In this document: piece after piece, positions 39,069 through 51,313 of the stretch | How the letters are laid out: the number at the start of each line of letters is the position of its first letter | Position numbering within the stretch: the first letter of the stretch is position 1 | From: an uncultured Acidobacteriota bacterium | GTDB taxonomy: Bacteria; Acidobacteriota; UBA6911 | Direction: 5' to 3' | DNA length: 64,000 nt | Assembly (NCBI GenBank): GCA_963843575.1 | Contig: CAWJKZ010000010.1 | Span: forward strand, 96,001 to 160,000 | The notes under the pieces: model-generated | What the model saw: the letters and a program-made list of their open reading frames with translations, nothing else | Databases searched by the model: none | Told to the model about the DNA's origin: nothing | Made by a program: the position numbers and the translations under genes

Positions 39069-39515
39069 ATGAGAATGGTACCGTATGTTCGGAGAGAGGT
39101 CGGATCCAGGCTGGATCCGTCGAGGGTTTTTGAGGATTTTATCGAAGATTTTCTCGCCCCTGTCTCGGCCCCTTCTTCGGCCCGCAGGTGGATGCCCGCG
39201 GTCGACGTGCTCGAGAAGGACGGGGACCTGATCCTGCGGGCGGAGCTGCCGGGCCTTGAGGAGAAGGACATCGACCTGAAGCTTGAAGGGAATGTCCTTA
39301 CCCTGAAAGGCGAGCGGAAGCTCGAAAACCGGGAAAACGGCGACAACTACCAGCGGATCGAGAGTTTCTACGGTACGTTTTCCCGTTCGTTCACGCTGCC
39401 GGAATCGGCCGACCGCGACAGGATCAGCGCGGACTATAAGAACGGCATTCTGACGGTGAAGGTGCCGCAGCGGCCCGAGGTCAAGCCGCGCGAAATCCAG
39501 GTCAGCGTGCACTGA
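39069..39515 (+). CDS. Hsp20/alpha-crystallin family protein (paralog)
   Basis: PAVDV, AELPG, YGTFSRSFTLP and NGILTV. Confidence 0.92.
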   Translation: MRMVPYVRREVGSRLDPSRVFEDFIEDFLAPVSAPSSARRWMPAVDVLEKDGDLILRAELPGLEEKDIDLKLEGNVLTLKGERKLENRENGDNYQRIESFYGTFSRSFTLPESADRDRISADYKNGILTVKVPQRPEVKPREIQVSVH

Positions 39516-39524
39516 TCCGGCTTT

Positions 39525-39742
39525 CCCTTAGTACACAGTCTCATAAGTACGCTGACGTATTTTTCAGGACGCAGAACAACAGGGCGATGAAAAACCAAAG
39601 CCAAAACAGAACGCAAATTCCGCGGATCCAACGGATTCACGCGGATCGATCGGGGCCTGTCGCCAGGTCAATCTGTGGGGATCCGCGCGCCTCCGCGTCC
39701 TGACAAATGCGTTGGCGTATTTGTGAACATCAGTACTTAGGG
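39525..39742 (+). ncRNA. Candidate structured RNA or MITE-like long hairpin
   Basis: 39542-39575 pairs with 39692-39725 (32 of 34 positions paired, 5 G-U), with additional outer and inner stems. Confidence 0.45.
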
Positions 39743-39866
39743 TGGTGCGTGGCCGGGATGCATAATGATTGGCAGAGGTGTCTCGCCGCTCGAAGGAACC
39801 GGACGAATGAAAGCACAAAAGGGGCTCCCTGCTGCGGCACGGAGCCCTTTGCGTTGAGGTGGACAC

Positions 39867-42458
<2,592 letters not shown>

Positions 42459-42518
42459 ATGGCCCCCGGATGGGCCCGGCCGGTGTGCTAAAATATCGAT
42501 CTGGGAGGTTGAGCCACT

Positions 42519-43358
42519 TTGGTAAACAACATCAAGACGGTGCTTCTTCTCGGCCTGATGACGGGGCTCATCCTGTTCATCGGCAGCTTCTGGGGCCGGG
42601 GCGGGCTCACAATCGCGCTGGTCATGTCGGTGCTGATGAATGTCGGGAGCTACTTCTTCTCCGACAGGATAGCGCTCTCGATGTACGGGGCCAAGCCGGT
42701 AAGCCGCGAACAATGGCCGCGCCTCTACAGCATCGTCGAGTTTCTCTGCAGCCGCCACAACATGCCGATGCCGAAGCTCTATGTGATTCCGTCGGACTCC
42801 CCGAACGCCTTCGCCACCGGCCGCAACCCGGAGCACGCCTCGGTAGCGGTGACGGAAGGGGCCATGCGGCTGCTGGACGAGAACGAACTCCAGGGCGTCC
42901 TTGCACACGAGATCGCGCACGTCAAGAACCGCGACATCCTTATCAGCAGCATCGCGGCCACTCTGGCCGGCGTGATCATGTGGGTGGCGAACATGGCCCG
43001 TTTCGCGGCATTCTTCGGCGGCGGCCGCGACCGGGAAAACAGCGGCGGCGCCCTGGCCGGCCTCGTTACGATTATCGTCGCCCCGATAGCGGCGATGATG
43101 ATCCAGATGTGGATTTCCCGCACGCGCGAGTACCAGGCGGACGCGAGCGGCGCCGAAGTGTTGGGCAGCGGCCAGGGCCTCGCCTCGGCCCTGCGGAAGC
43201 TGGACGCGTACTCCAAGAGACTGCCGTTGGACGCTTCGCCGAGCACGGCGCACATGTTCATCGTCCATCCGTTTTCCGGCAGCGCGCTGCTCAATCTCTT
43301 CAGCACCCATCCGCCGATTCAGAAGCGCATCGAACGGCTCGTCGGACAAAACCGCTAG
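42519..43358 (+). CDS. htpX: Zinc metalloprotease HtpX
   Basis: PNAFATGR, HEIAH, SRTREY.AD and STHPP. Confidence 0.93.
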   Translation: MVNNIKTVLLLGLMTGLILFIGSFWGRGGLTIALVMSVLMNVGSYFFSDRIALSMYGAKPVSREQWPRLYSIVEFLCSRHNMPMPKLYVIPSDSPNAFATGRNPEHASVAVTEGAMRLLDENELQGVLAHEIAHVKNRDILISSIAATLAGVIMWVANMARFAAFFGGGRDRENSGGALAGLVTIIVAPIAAMMIQMWISRTREYQADASGAEVLGSGQGLASALRKLDAYSKRLPLDASPSTAHMFIVHPFSGSALLNLFSTHPPIQKRIERLVGQNR

Positions 43359-43428
43359 TTGGCGCAGGGCAGCATCACGGGGCTTGAGAAGGTTCCGGGG
43401 CTGTTGCTGTACCGGTACGGGTAGGAGA

Positions 43429-44040
43429 ATGGACGTCAAGAAAATACCGATCAACGGCGACCCACCGCAGGAATTCCAGGTCATCGACAAGAGGCACTTC
43501 TCCGGTACGGAGGGAATTCCCGCGGGCTCCCCCGGCGAGGAGAGGTCGCGCTACCCCAGCTTTGTCGAGGAATTGATGGGCAAGGTATCGGAAATGGAGA
43601 AGCGTTTCGCGCAGAAGAAGGTCGAGATGCAGGGAGAACTCGACCGCACCAGGGCGCGACTCCAGGCCGACTTCGAGCGGCAGGTCGAGCTCGAGAAGCA
43701 TAAGCTCCTCCTCCCCTTTCTCGAAGTGCTGGACAACCTCGACCGAGCGCTCGACTCTCCGGCCGGCGGCGGGAACTGCGACCGGCTTCGGGAGGGGGTC
43801 GAGATGACGCGATCGCTTTTCCGGGCAAAGCTTGTGGCACAGGGCGTCGAGGTGATCCCGGTTCTCGACCAGCCCTTCGATCCCAACGTTTCGGAAGCCG
43901 TCGGGACCGTCCCGGTGGCGGACGAAGCGAGCGACGGCGTGGTCATGGAGGAGGTCAAAAGCGGCTACAGCCTGGGAGATCGGCTCGTGCGCCCGGCGCA
44001 GGTGCGGGTTGGCCGGTATGCACCCGCGCCCCCGGAATAG
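43429..44040 (+). CDS. grpE: Nucleotide exchange factor GrpE
   Basis: LEVLDNLDRAL, FDP...EA and GY.L..RLVRPAQV.V. Confidence 0.88.
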   Translation: MDVKKIPINGDPPQEFQVIDKRHFSGTEGIPAGSPGEERSRYPSFVEELMGKVSEMEKRFAQKKVEMQGELDRTRARLQADFERQVELEKHKLLLPFLEVLDNLDRALDSPAGGGNCDRLREGVEMTRSLFRAKLVAQGVEVIPVLDQPFDPNVSEAVGTVPVADEASDGVVMEEVKSGYSLGDRLVRPAQVRVGRYAPAPPE

Positions 44041-45177
44041 TCACTTCACCGCCTCGGGCAGCACCCAGATTTTTCCATCGTGGCAGACCACCACCCGCGT
44101 CCCGGGTCCCTTGAGCGCCGAGAGATCAGGGAGTGCGCCGAGCAGCGATCTCAGTTCGGGCGAACCCTCCCTGGCCTCGACGACCGGGGCTTCCGGGTTT
44201 CGGGCACATCTCCCATCCACCCAGTAGTCCTCCACGCGATAGAAGGTGATATCCCCGGCAGCCCGTCGGGGGTAGGGATTCGCGGTCGGGTCGGCCGAGG
44301 CAAGGTCGCGCACTGCGCCGGCCGGAGCCATTCCTGCAGCCTGTCGCAAGGAGACCGAGCGGGCAGGAGCGAGGGCGGGCTGGGGGTGGGCTCCGGCCGC
44401 ACTCAGCCGCGCGGACTTCTGCATGGCCAGCTCTCCGGAGACTGCGGCTTCCCGTCGAACATCTTGCGGGCCGGGGGCGGATGGGGACGCCCCGGCGACG
44501 ACACCGGTCGCGGTCGCCCCGACGGCACCGGTGTCGGTCACGGCGTCTTTCGGTGCGACCGACGCTGCAGGTGCCGCCGGCGGGCGCAATTCATTCTGTT
44601 CCCGCAGGTCTCCCTTGGCCTCGGAGGCTGCCGGCATCTCGTCGGCCGGCTTTTCGTGATCGCGGACCACCGCTTGTGTTTCTTTCGGTGCGGTATCCGG
44701 CGAGACAGCCCGGTACCGTTCGGCCGAGAGCCGGGCGCTAGGGCCCTGCGCAGGCGCGTCCTTGCGAGATTCGGCCGGGGGCGCCGGAACCTGGGATTGC
44801 GCCACCTCCTCCTGCTTGAATGACGGCTCCTTCCCGGTTCTGACAAGAACCAGCGCGGCAACGACCGCCACGAGCGCCAGGGCGGCCGTGGCGAACGCCG
44901 GCCGCCAGAGCCAGTTCAACGGCGACACCCCGTGCGCCGCGGCTGCAGCTCGGGTGGCGGGCTCCGAGGGAGCCCCGGCGCTCAGGGCAAGGCCGAGAAC
45001 TTCGCGGCAGGACGGGCACCTGGACGCGTGCTCTTCGAAGGCGGACCTCTGCTCCCGGGGCAGGGCGGAGTCGAGATAGGCGGCGATCGTGTTGTCGTCC
45101 GGGCAGACCGTCGCAGGCTGGTCCGGCGCCCTCGTCAAGGCCCTGCGCAACACTCCTTTCATCTCCCGATCAGTCAC
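44041..45177 (-). CDS. Zinc-binding (zf-HC2) transmembrane anti-sigma factor
   Basis: CPD...AAYLD, HASRCPSC, one TM and an Ala/Pro-rich linker; directly downstream of a sigma factor. Confidence 0.8.
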   Translation of the reverse strand: MTDREMKGVLRRALTRAPDQPATVCPDDNTIAAYLDSALPREQRSAFEEHASRCPSCREVLGLALSAGAPSEPATRAAAAAHGVSPLNWLWRPAFATAALALVAVVAALVLVRTGKEPSFKQEEVAQSQVPAPPAESRKDAPAQGPSARLSAERYRAVSPDTAPKETQAVVRDHEKPADEMPAASEAKGDLREQNELRPPAAPAASVAPKDAVTDTGAVGATATGVVAGASPSAPGPQDVRREAAVSGELAMQKSARLSAAGAHPQPALAPARSVSLRQAAGMAPAGAVRDLASADPTANPYPRRAAGDITFYRVEDYWVDGRCARNPEAPVVEAREGSPELRSLLGALPDLSALKGPGTRVVVCHDGKIWVLPEAVK

Positions 45178-45201
45178 AGCAACCCTCTACGGTTAAGACG
45201 G

Positions 45202-46053
45202 TCAGACCGTCCCGTCTTGCACTATTTTGCCGGAATCGGAAACGCCGGCGGCACCCGGGGAGCCCAGAGATTCCTGCAGCCAGAGTTCCGGGGCCCGGGC
45301 GGAGAGTTCCCAGAGCCCCTCCACTTCCCTAGGGCCCAGGCCGTGCCGCACCCTGAATTCCCGTTCCACTCGCTTGCGGAGGCCATTGCGCAGGCCCTCC
45401 AGCCAGCGCGACACGGTCGATTCGTGCACGCCGAACTGGGCGGCAATGCCGTGCAGCGGCACGTTTTCCACGTAATACAAGCCGAGCAGGAGTCGGTCGC
45501 GCCCGGGCAACCCCCGGATTTCGGCGGCGAGCAACTCCGAAAGAATGCGTCCCCACCTCTCGTCGAGCTGCCGGCCGGCGTCGGCCGGAACGGAAAGCCC
45601 TTCGCCCTGGACTGCGCCCCCGGCCTCCGCGACCTCCTCCAGCGAGACGTTTCTCCGTCCCTGCCGGAAGCGGTCGATGGCCGAGCGTGCGACCGCCACC
45701 CGCAACCAGGCGAGGAGGGAGCCGCGCCCGTCGAACCCTGCCAGTTTCCGTCCGTCGGCCATGAGGTTGCGCACGAGCTCCTGCGCCAGATCCTCGGCCT
45801 GGTCCGGGTTGCGGCATGCCTGCAGGGCGAAGCGCTTGAGGGCCGGGAGAAACTCGCCAGCGAAGTGATCCCAGGCACCGCGGTCACCGCGGGCGCATCC
45901 CATCGCCAGGAACAGGTCCTCTTCGTGGATGCCGGACGCGTGGGGCTCCCGCAGCACCTGCTGCAGCCGCGCGGCGTAGTCCGCCAGGGGCAGATCGACC
46001 CTGGGGTATCGTTTCCGGCAGCGGTCGAATGTGTTGCGGATATCCGGTCCCAT
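45202..46053 (-). CDS. ECF-like sigma-70 factor with N-terminal extension
   Basis: DLFLAMGCARGD, AEDLAQE, region 2 (GRGSLLAWLR) and region 4 (GVHESTVSRW). Confidence 0.85.
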   Translation of the reverse strand: MGPDIRNTFDRCRKRYPRVDLPLADYAARLQQVLREPHASGIHEEDLFLAMGCARGDRGAWDHFAGEFLPALKRFALQACRNPDQAEDLAQELVRNLMADGRKLAGFDGRGSLLAWLRVAVARSAIDRFRQGRRNVSLEEVAEAGGAVQGEGLSVPADAGRQLDERWGRILSELLAAEIRGLPGRDRLLLGLYYVENVPLHGIAAQFGVHESTVSRWLEGLRNGLRKRVEREFRVRHGLGPREVEGLWELSARAPELWLQESLGSPGAAGVSDSGKIVQDGTV

Positions 46054-46189
46054 AGTCCGTTTCTATTGAACCACACTGCTGCCCGGGGTACAAAGACCGG
46101 ACTCGGGGCTTCCCTCCCCGTTGCCGTCTTTGCCCCTCGATTCATGGTAGTATTAGCCGCTCAAGCCACGGAAAGGAACTGCGGTTTCG

Positions 46190-47464
46190 ATGTCCATCAA
46201 GGTCCTGACGAAGAACATGCATGTCCCCGGCCTGCCGCAGATCGGGGTCTACTTGTCTCTCGGGGGCTACGCGGCCCTGGGCAAGGCCGTGCGCGACTTC
46301 AAGCCGGCCGACGTCGTGGATGCCGTCAAGAGATCCGGTTTGCGCGGGCGGGGAGGGGCGGGGTTCCCCACTGGCGTGAAGTGGAGTTTCGTCCCGCGGA
46401 ATTCGGGGAAACCGATCTACCTGTGCGTCAACGCGGACGAGAGCGAACCCGGGACCTTCAAGGACCGGCTGATCATCGAAAAAGACCCGCACCAGCTGAT
46501 CGAAGGGACTGCCATCGCCGCGTATGCGCTCGAATGCCACAAGGCGTTCATCTACATCCGGGGAGAGTTCGCCTATGGGGCGCGGCTGCTTGACCAGGCA
46601 GTGGCCGAGGCCTACGACAAGGGTTTCCTCGGCCGCAACATCCTCGGCTCCGGGTTTGATCTCGATGTCGTCGTGCACCGCGGGGCTGGAGCCTATATAT
46701 GCGGCGAGGAGACCGCGTTGCTCGAGTCGCTGGAAGGCAAGCGCGGCCATCCCCGGCTGAAACCCCCATTCCCCGCCGTCGTGGGATTGTACAAGTGCCC
46801 CACCGTGATAAACAACGTCGAGACCCTGGCCAACGTCCCCCATATCATCAACAACGGCCCGGCGTGGTTCGCGGCGATCGGCGTGGAACGCAACACCGGA
46901 ACCCGGTTGTTCGGAGTGAGCGGACACGTGCAGCGGCGGGGCGTCTACGAGCTCCCCATGGGAGTGACCCTGCGCGAGCTGATCTACGACCATTGCGGCG
47001 GGATCCGCGACGGCAGGAAGTTGAAAGCGGTCGTTCCGGGCGGCTCCTCGGTGCCGGTGCTGCCGGCCGGCAGCGTTGATGTGCGGCTCGATTTCGACTC
47101 GGTCGCCAAGGCTGGGAGCATGCTTGGGTCGGCCGGGGTGATCGTGATGGACGACTCGACCTGCATGGTCAAGGCCGTCGGGCGCATCACCAGGTTCTAT
47201 GCCGAGGAATCCTGCGGCCAGTGCACGCAGTGCCGCGAGGGGACGGAGTGGCTGTATCAGATCCTGAACAGGATCGAGGCCGGCGCCGGGCGGCCCGGCG
47301 AACTCGAGGTGTTGCTGGACATCTGCACGAACATGAAAGGGCGCACGATTTGCCCGCTCTCGGATGCGGCAGCCATGCCGGTCGAGAGTTACATCCGCAA
47401 TTTCCGCGACGAATTCGAGGCCCACATCCGCGAGCGCCGCTGCGTCGTGAGCCCTGCCCATTGA
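46190..47464 (+). CDS. nuoF: NADH-quinone oxidoreductase subunit F
   Basis: GRGGAGFPTG, NADESEPGTFKD, GAGAYICGEET and ESCGQCTQCREG...TICPL. Confidence 0.93.
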   Translation: MSIKVLTKNMHVPGLPQIGVYLSLGGYAALGKAVRDFKPADVVDAVKRSGLRGRGGAGFPTGVKWSFVPRNSGKPIYLCVNADESEPGTFKDRLIIEKDPHQLIEGTAIAAYALECHKAFIYIRGEFAYGARLLDQAVAEAYDKGFLGRNILGSGFDLDVVVHRGAGAYICGEETALLESLEGKRGHPRLKPPFPAVVGLYKCPTVINNVETLANVPHIINNGPAWFAAIGVERNTGTRLFGVSGHVQRRGVYELPMGVTLRELIYDHCGGIRDGRKLKAVVPGGSSVPVLPAGSVDVRLDFDSVAKAGSMLGSAGVIVMDDSTCMVKAVGRITRFYAEESCGQCTQCREGTEWLYQILNRIEAGAGRPGELEVLLDICTNMKGRTICPLSDAAAMPVESYIRNFRDEFEAHIRERRCVVSPAH

Positions 47465-47493
47465 AGAGGCTGTCCAGCGGTTGACGTTTCCGC

Positions 47494-47532
47494 ACAAAAC
47501 AAATGCGTCCGGACCCAAAGCCCGGACGCATT
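47494..47532 (-). terminator. Intrinsic terminator between convergent nuoF and TPR genes
   Basis: Perfect 11-bp stem AATGCGTCCGG/CCGGACGCATT with a TGTTTTG tail on the minus strand; second hairpin at 47548-47572. Confidence 0.6.
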
Positions 47533-47585
47533 GGAATATTCGAGGGGCGTGGGCGGGCCGACCCCGCCCACGTTGCTGAGGCTGC

Positions 47586-49109
47586 CTACTTCTTGCGGCT
47601 GATCACCACGAGCAGTGACTTCGCGTTGCTTACGTGCCCTTCGTCTTTGCCGAGTTCCACGTACTTGTTCAGCATCTCCTGGGCTCGCTTGTACTCCTTC
47701 TTCTCGTAGAAAAGGAGCGCGCCCAGTTCGTAGTAGGCCTCGGCGTTTTGCGGGTTGATCTTCAACGCCCGTTCGAACGCCAGTATCGCCACATCGGCAT
47801 TCCCCGCCTTGTTCTGAGCCATCCCCATGTTGAACATCACCTTGTCCGCCGGATCGGATCCAGCAGTGCGCGGGTCCGCGTAGAGATTCAGGGCCTCGTC
47901 GTACTTCTTTTCGTTCATGTAGTACTGGGCGAGAGCCTTGCGGTAGGTAGGGTCGTCCGGGGAAATCTCGATCGCCTTGTTGAAAGCCTTGATGGCCTCC
48001 TCGTGGTTTTTCAGCTGCGCGTAAGACCTCCCGACCTGCGCCCAGATGCCGGATTGCCTGGCCTCGGGGACCAGCGCGCGGGCCTCTTCGTACTTTTTCA
48101 GCGCCCCGGCGTAGTCGCCCGTCTTGTAGAGCTGGTCGCCCGCCTCCAGGATACCCCTGGCCTGGTTGAGCGAGTCGTTCAGCTTGAAGTCCGCGACGCG
48201 CTTCTTCATTTCCAGGTAGGCGGATTCCGCGGGCTTGATTTTGAGCGCCTTGTCAATCGTTGCCCCGGCCTCGTCGTACCGTTTCGCATTCGCCAGCGCC
48301 AACGACAGGTTGTAGTAGAGGTCGGGGTCGTCCGCGTCGATCTTGACCGCCTGCTGGTAGTTCGAGATAGCCTCGTCGAACTTCTTCTCCGCGAGCGCCT
48401 TGTCTCCAGCGTCCCGCAGCTTGAGAGCAGGAATCTTTATCCGGACTTCTTCGATGCGCTTGCCCATCTCCACGTAGGGATTCGGCCCGCTGGCGTCGGC
48501 CTTCTGCGGCATTTCGGCCAGGGCCGCGGCGATTCCCGCCACCCTCTTCAATTCCTGTTCCGCCTCGTCCCACTTGCGGTCCTGGATCAAAGCAATGGCG
48601 AGGTTGAAGTGGGCATCAGGGCTGGAGGGGTTGATCTCGAGCGAGGCCCGAAGCTCTTTCACCGCTTCCGCCGGTTTGTTGGCGCGCAACAACTCGACCG
48701 CGCGCGAGAGCGCCTCGAAGCCCTTCTGGTTCACCGCCGGGTCTTCGAAGTAGACCTTCTGCAGGGGATCGCCGGGCTGAAACTTGAGCGACACACTCTC
48801 CGTCGCTCCGCCCTTGAGCGATACGAACTCATATATGGCGGGCGCCAGCGCGTCCTTCCGGCCGATAACCCGGTAGACGCCGTCGTCGAGCTTGTTGAAG
48901 GCGGCCAACCCCTTATTGTCGGACTTCTTGTCCTTCCACTTGCCGGTCTGGAGATGTTGAACCTTTACCTGCACGCCCGGGACGGGGGCGCCGGCCTGAT
49001 CCGTGCACAGCACGTTCATGGTGCCTTCGGCAAAGGCCGGCAGCGCCATCAGCACAATCGCTAGGAAAATGGTCGATTTAAAAAACACGTTACACGAGAG
49101 AGGTCTCAT
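47586..49109 (-). CDS. Secreted TPR protein with N-terminal carboxypeptidase-regulatory-like domain
   Basis: Signal peptide, DQAGAPVPGVQV...GVYRV and many TPR repeats. Confidence 0.85.
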   Translation of the reverse strand: MRPLSCNVFFKSTIFLAIVLMALPAFAEGTMNVLCTDQAGAPVPGVQVKVQHLQTGKWKDKKSDNKGLAAFNKLDDGVYRVIGRKDALAPAIYEFVSLKGGATESVSLKFQPGDPLQKVYFEDPAVNQKGFEALSRAVELLRANKPAEAVKELRASLEINPSSPDAHFNLAIALIQDRKWDEAEQELKRVAGIAAALAEMPQKADASGPNPYVEMGKRIEEVRIKIPALKLRDAGDKALAEKKFDEAISNYQQAVKIDADDPDLYYNLSLALANAKRYDEAGATIDKALKIKPAESAYLEMKKRVADFKLNDSLNQARGILEAGDQLYKTGDYAGALKKYEEARALVPEARQSGIWAQVGRSYAQLKNHEEAIKAFNKAIEISPDDPTYRKALAQYYMNEKKYDEALNLYADPRTAGSDPADKVMFNMGMAQNKAGNADVAILAFERALKINPQNAEAYYELGALLFYEKKEYKRAQEMLNKYVELGKDEGHVSNAKSLLVVISRKK

Positions 49110-49416
49110 AAATTTTTGATCTTCCAGTTCGGGTGATTATCTAGGTTCCGGGTCATGCTGCCCTTAAGTAATATGGCCCGACGCCTCCAGCGTTTGCTGG
49201 CACAATAATCCGGCATGGGTCCACAGTATCCTGGGCATTATAGCTCGATCGGCTCCAATGCGATACCCCACAACCCGCTTTCTCACCTTAGGCGCCGGTG
49301 GCGGTTCGACTCGCGGCTGCCCCGGGGTGTCCTGGCGGCGATTCCTTTCACGCAAACGCCTGCCGGTTCCGCTATACTGAGTGAAGCAGCGGGTGCAGGG
49401 CGTTCTCGTATCGTCC

Positions 49417-50451
49417 ATGAACAGACAGCTCGGGCTACTGATCGACGACATTTATCTGCTCCACGAACCGGGGAGCCGGCATCCGGAATCGCCCGCGCGG
49501 CTGAGGGCTATTCGCCAGGCGCTGGAAGCCTCGGGGGCGTTGCAGCGGTGGCGGCGCATCGACCCGCGTCCGGCGCAGGTCGAGGAACTTGAGCTCATCC
49601 ACCACCCGAGCCTGCTCGAGCACGTCGAGCGTGCCGCACGACGGGCGCCGGCCTATCTCGATCACGACACCGTGGTTTCCGGCGAGAGCTACCGGACCGC
49701 CCTGTTCGCCGCGGGCGGGGTGCTGGAATGCACCGAAGCGCTCTGTCGCGGCGAGATCCGGCGGGCCTTTGCATTTGTGCGCCCCCCCGGTCACCACGCG
49801 GAGCCCGACAAGTCGATGGGTTTCTGCCTGTTCAACAACGTCGCGCTCGCCGCGGCATACGCCCGCGTGGAACACAAACTCGAGCGCGTGGCGGTCGTCG
49901 ACATCGACCTGCACCACGGCAACGGCACCCAGGCCTGCTTTTACGACGACCCGCACGTCTTGTATGTCTCCTCGCATCAGTTCCCGTTCTACCCGGGGAC
50001 TGGCGACCATCACGAAGTCGGGGTAAGGGAAGGCGCGGGCTACACCGTCAACTTTCCGCTCCCTGAGGGCTCGGGGGACGAGGCGCTGGTGCCGATCTAT
50101 GCGAATATCGTTGGCCCGATCCTGCGACAGTACGCTCCCCAGCTCGTACTGGTTTCCGCCGGCTTCGACGCCCACTTCAAGGACCCCCTGGGCGGTCTGC
50201 GCGCCACCCCGCGCGGCTACGGTTCGGTGGCCGCCAGCCTGATCCTGGCGGCGGACGCGTGTTGCGACGGCAGGATCTGCTTTGTGCTCGAAGGGGGATA
50301 CAACCTCGAGGCGCTGCAGACCTGCACGCGAGCGGTGATGGAACAGATGGAGGCGGAGCGGCCGGAGGAGTCCGTCGCGGGAACAAACGGGGCTTTCGCC
50401 CGCGTCCACGAAAAAGCGCGCAGGGGCTTCGGCCACTTCTGGAAGTTCTGA
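49417..50451 (+). CDS. Histone deacetylase-family amidohydrolase
   Basis: HPESPARL, RPPGHHA, GFCLFNN, DIDLHHGNGTQ, SAGFDAH and LEGGY. Confidence 0.92.
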   Translation: MNRQLGLLIDDIYLLHEPGSRHPESPARLRAIRQALEASGALQRWRRIDPRPAQVEELELIHHPSLLEHVERAARRAPAYLDHDTVVSGESYRTALFAAGGVLECTEALCRGEIRRAFAFVRPPGHHAEPDKSMGFCLFNNVALAAAYARVEHKLERVAVVDIDLHHGNGTQACFYDDPHVLYVSSHQFPFYPGTGDHHEVGVREGAGYTVNFPLPEGSGDEALVPIYANIVGPILRQYAPQLVLVSAGFDAHFKDPLGGLRATPRGYGSVAASLILAADACCDGRICFVLEGGYNLEALQTCTRAVMEQMEAERPEESVAGTNGAFARVHEKARRGFGHFWKF

Positions 50452-50485
50452 CGAAAGAAGGGCCGGAAAGGTTTAAGATAGTGGG

Positions 50486-51313
50486 ATGATGCGTCCGCCG
50501 GCAGTGGCTGGCCAGTTCTACCCCGCCGACCCCGGCGCGCTGCGCAGGGTTGTAGAGAACCTCGTGCCGTCCCCGGCCAGCGCCGTAGAGGCTGTCTGCC
50601 TGGTTTCACCGCATGCCGGGTACGTGTACTCGGGGGCGGTTGCGGGCGCGGTGTTCGGCGCGGTGCGACTGCCCCGGTATTTCATCCTGATGGGGCCGAA
50701 CCACACGGGTCTCGGAGTCCCGCTCGGTGTGAGCCCGGCAGACGAGTGGAGCACACCGCTGGGTCGGATCGCAGTCGATCCGGAGCTCAACGAACGTCTC
50801 CTGGCGGAAATACCCATCCTGGCGCCGGACGGCGCCTGCCACGCTCGCGAGCACTCCATCGAGGTCCAGTTGCCCTTTCTGCAGGCCAGGGTGCCGGATC
50901 TCCGGTTTGCCGCGATCTGCGTCGGGACCTCCGTTTTCGAGGCACTCGTGGCCCTGGGGCACGGATTGGCCCGCGTCGTCGGCTCCTGGTCCGAACCGAT
51001 CTTGATCGTGTCGAGTTCGGACATGACGCACTACGAGCCTGCAGACGTGGCCAGGCGCAAGGACCGTCTGGCCATCGACCGGGTTCTGGCCGTCGACCCC
51101 GGCGGGCTCTACCGAACCGTGCGGGAAAACCGGATCTCCATGTGCGGCTTCGCGCCGACGGTCGCGGCCCTGACCGCGGCCCGCGATCTCGGAGCGACCG
51201 CCGGGCGGCTGGTCCGGTATGCGCATTCGGGGGAAGTCAGCGGCGACTTCGATCGGGTGGTGGGATACGCGGGGATAGTGGTGGCAGGGGGAGTCGAGGG
51301 AGAAGGCCCCTAG
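50486..51313 (+). CDS. amrB: AmmeMemoRadiSam system protein B (MEMO1 family)
   Basis: RPPAVAGQFYP, PHAGYVYSG, GPNH, EHSIEVQLPFLQ, SSDMTHY, MCG and VVGYA. Confidence 0.93.
   Translation: MMRPPAVAGQFYPADPGALRRVVENLVPSPASAVEAVCLVSPHAGYVYSGAVAGAVFGAVRLPRYFILMGPNHTGLGVPLGVSPADEWSTPLGRIAVDPELNERLLAEIPILAPDGACHAREHSIEVQLPFLQARVPDLRFAAICVGTSVFEALVALGHGLARVVGSWSEPILIVSSSDMTHYEPADVARRKDRLAIDRVLAVDPGGLYRTVRENRISMCGFAPTVAALTAARDLGATAGRLVRYAHSGEVSGDFDRVVGYAGIVVAGGVEGEGP

Noticed and set aside
49295-49325. tRNA-like GGTTCGACTC
   Set aside because: No T-stem, acceptor stem or anticodon arm can be formed
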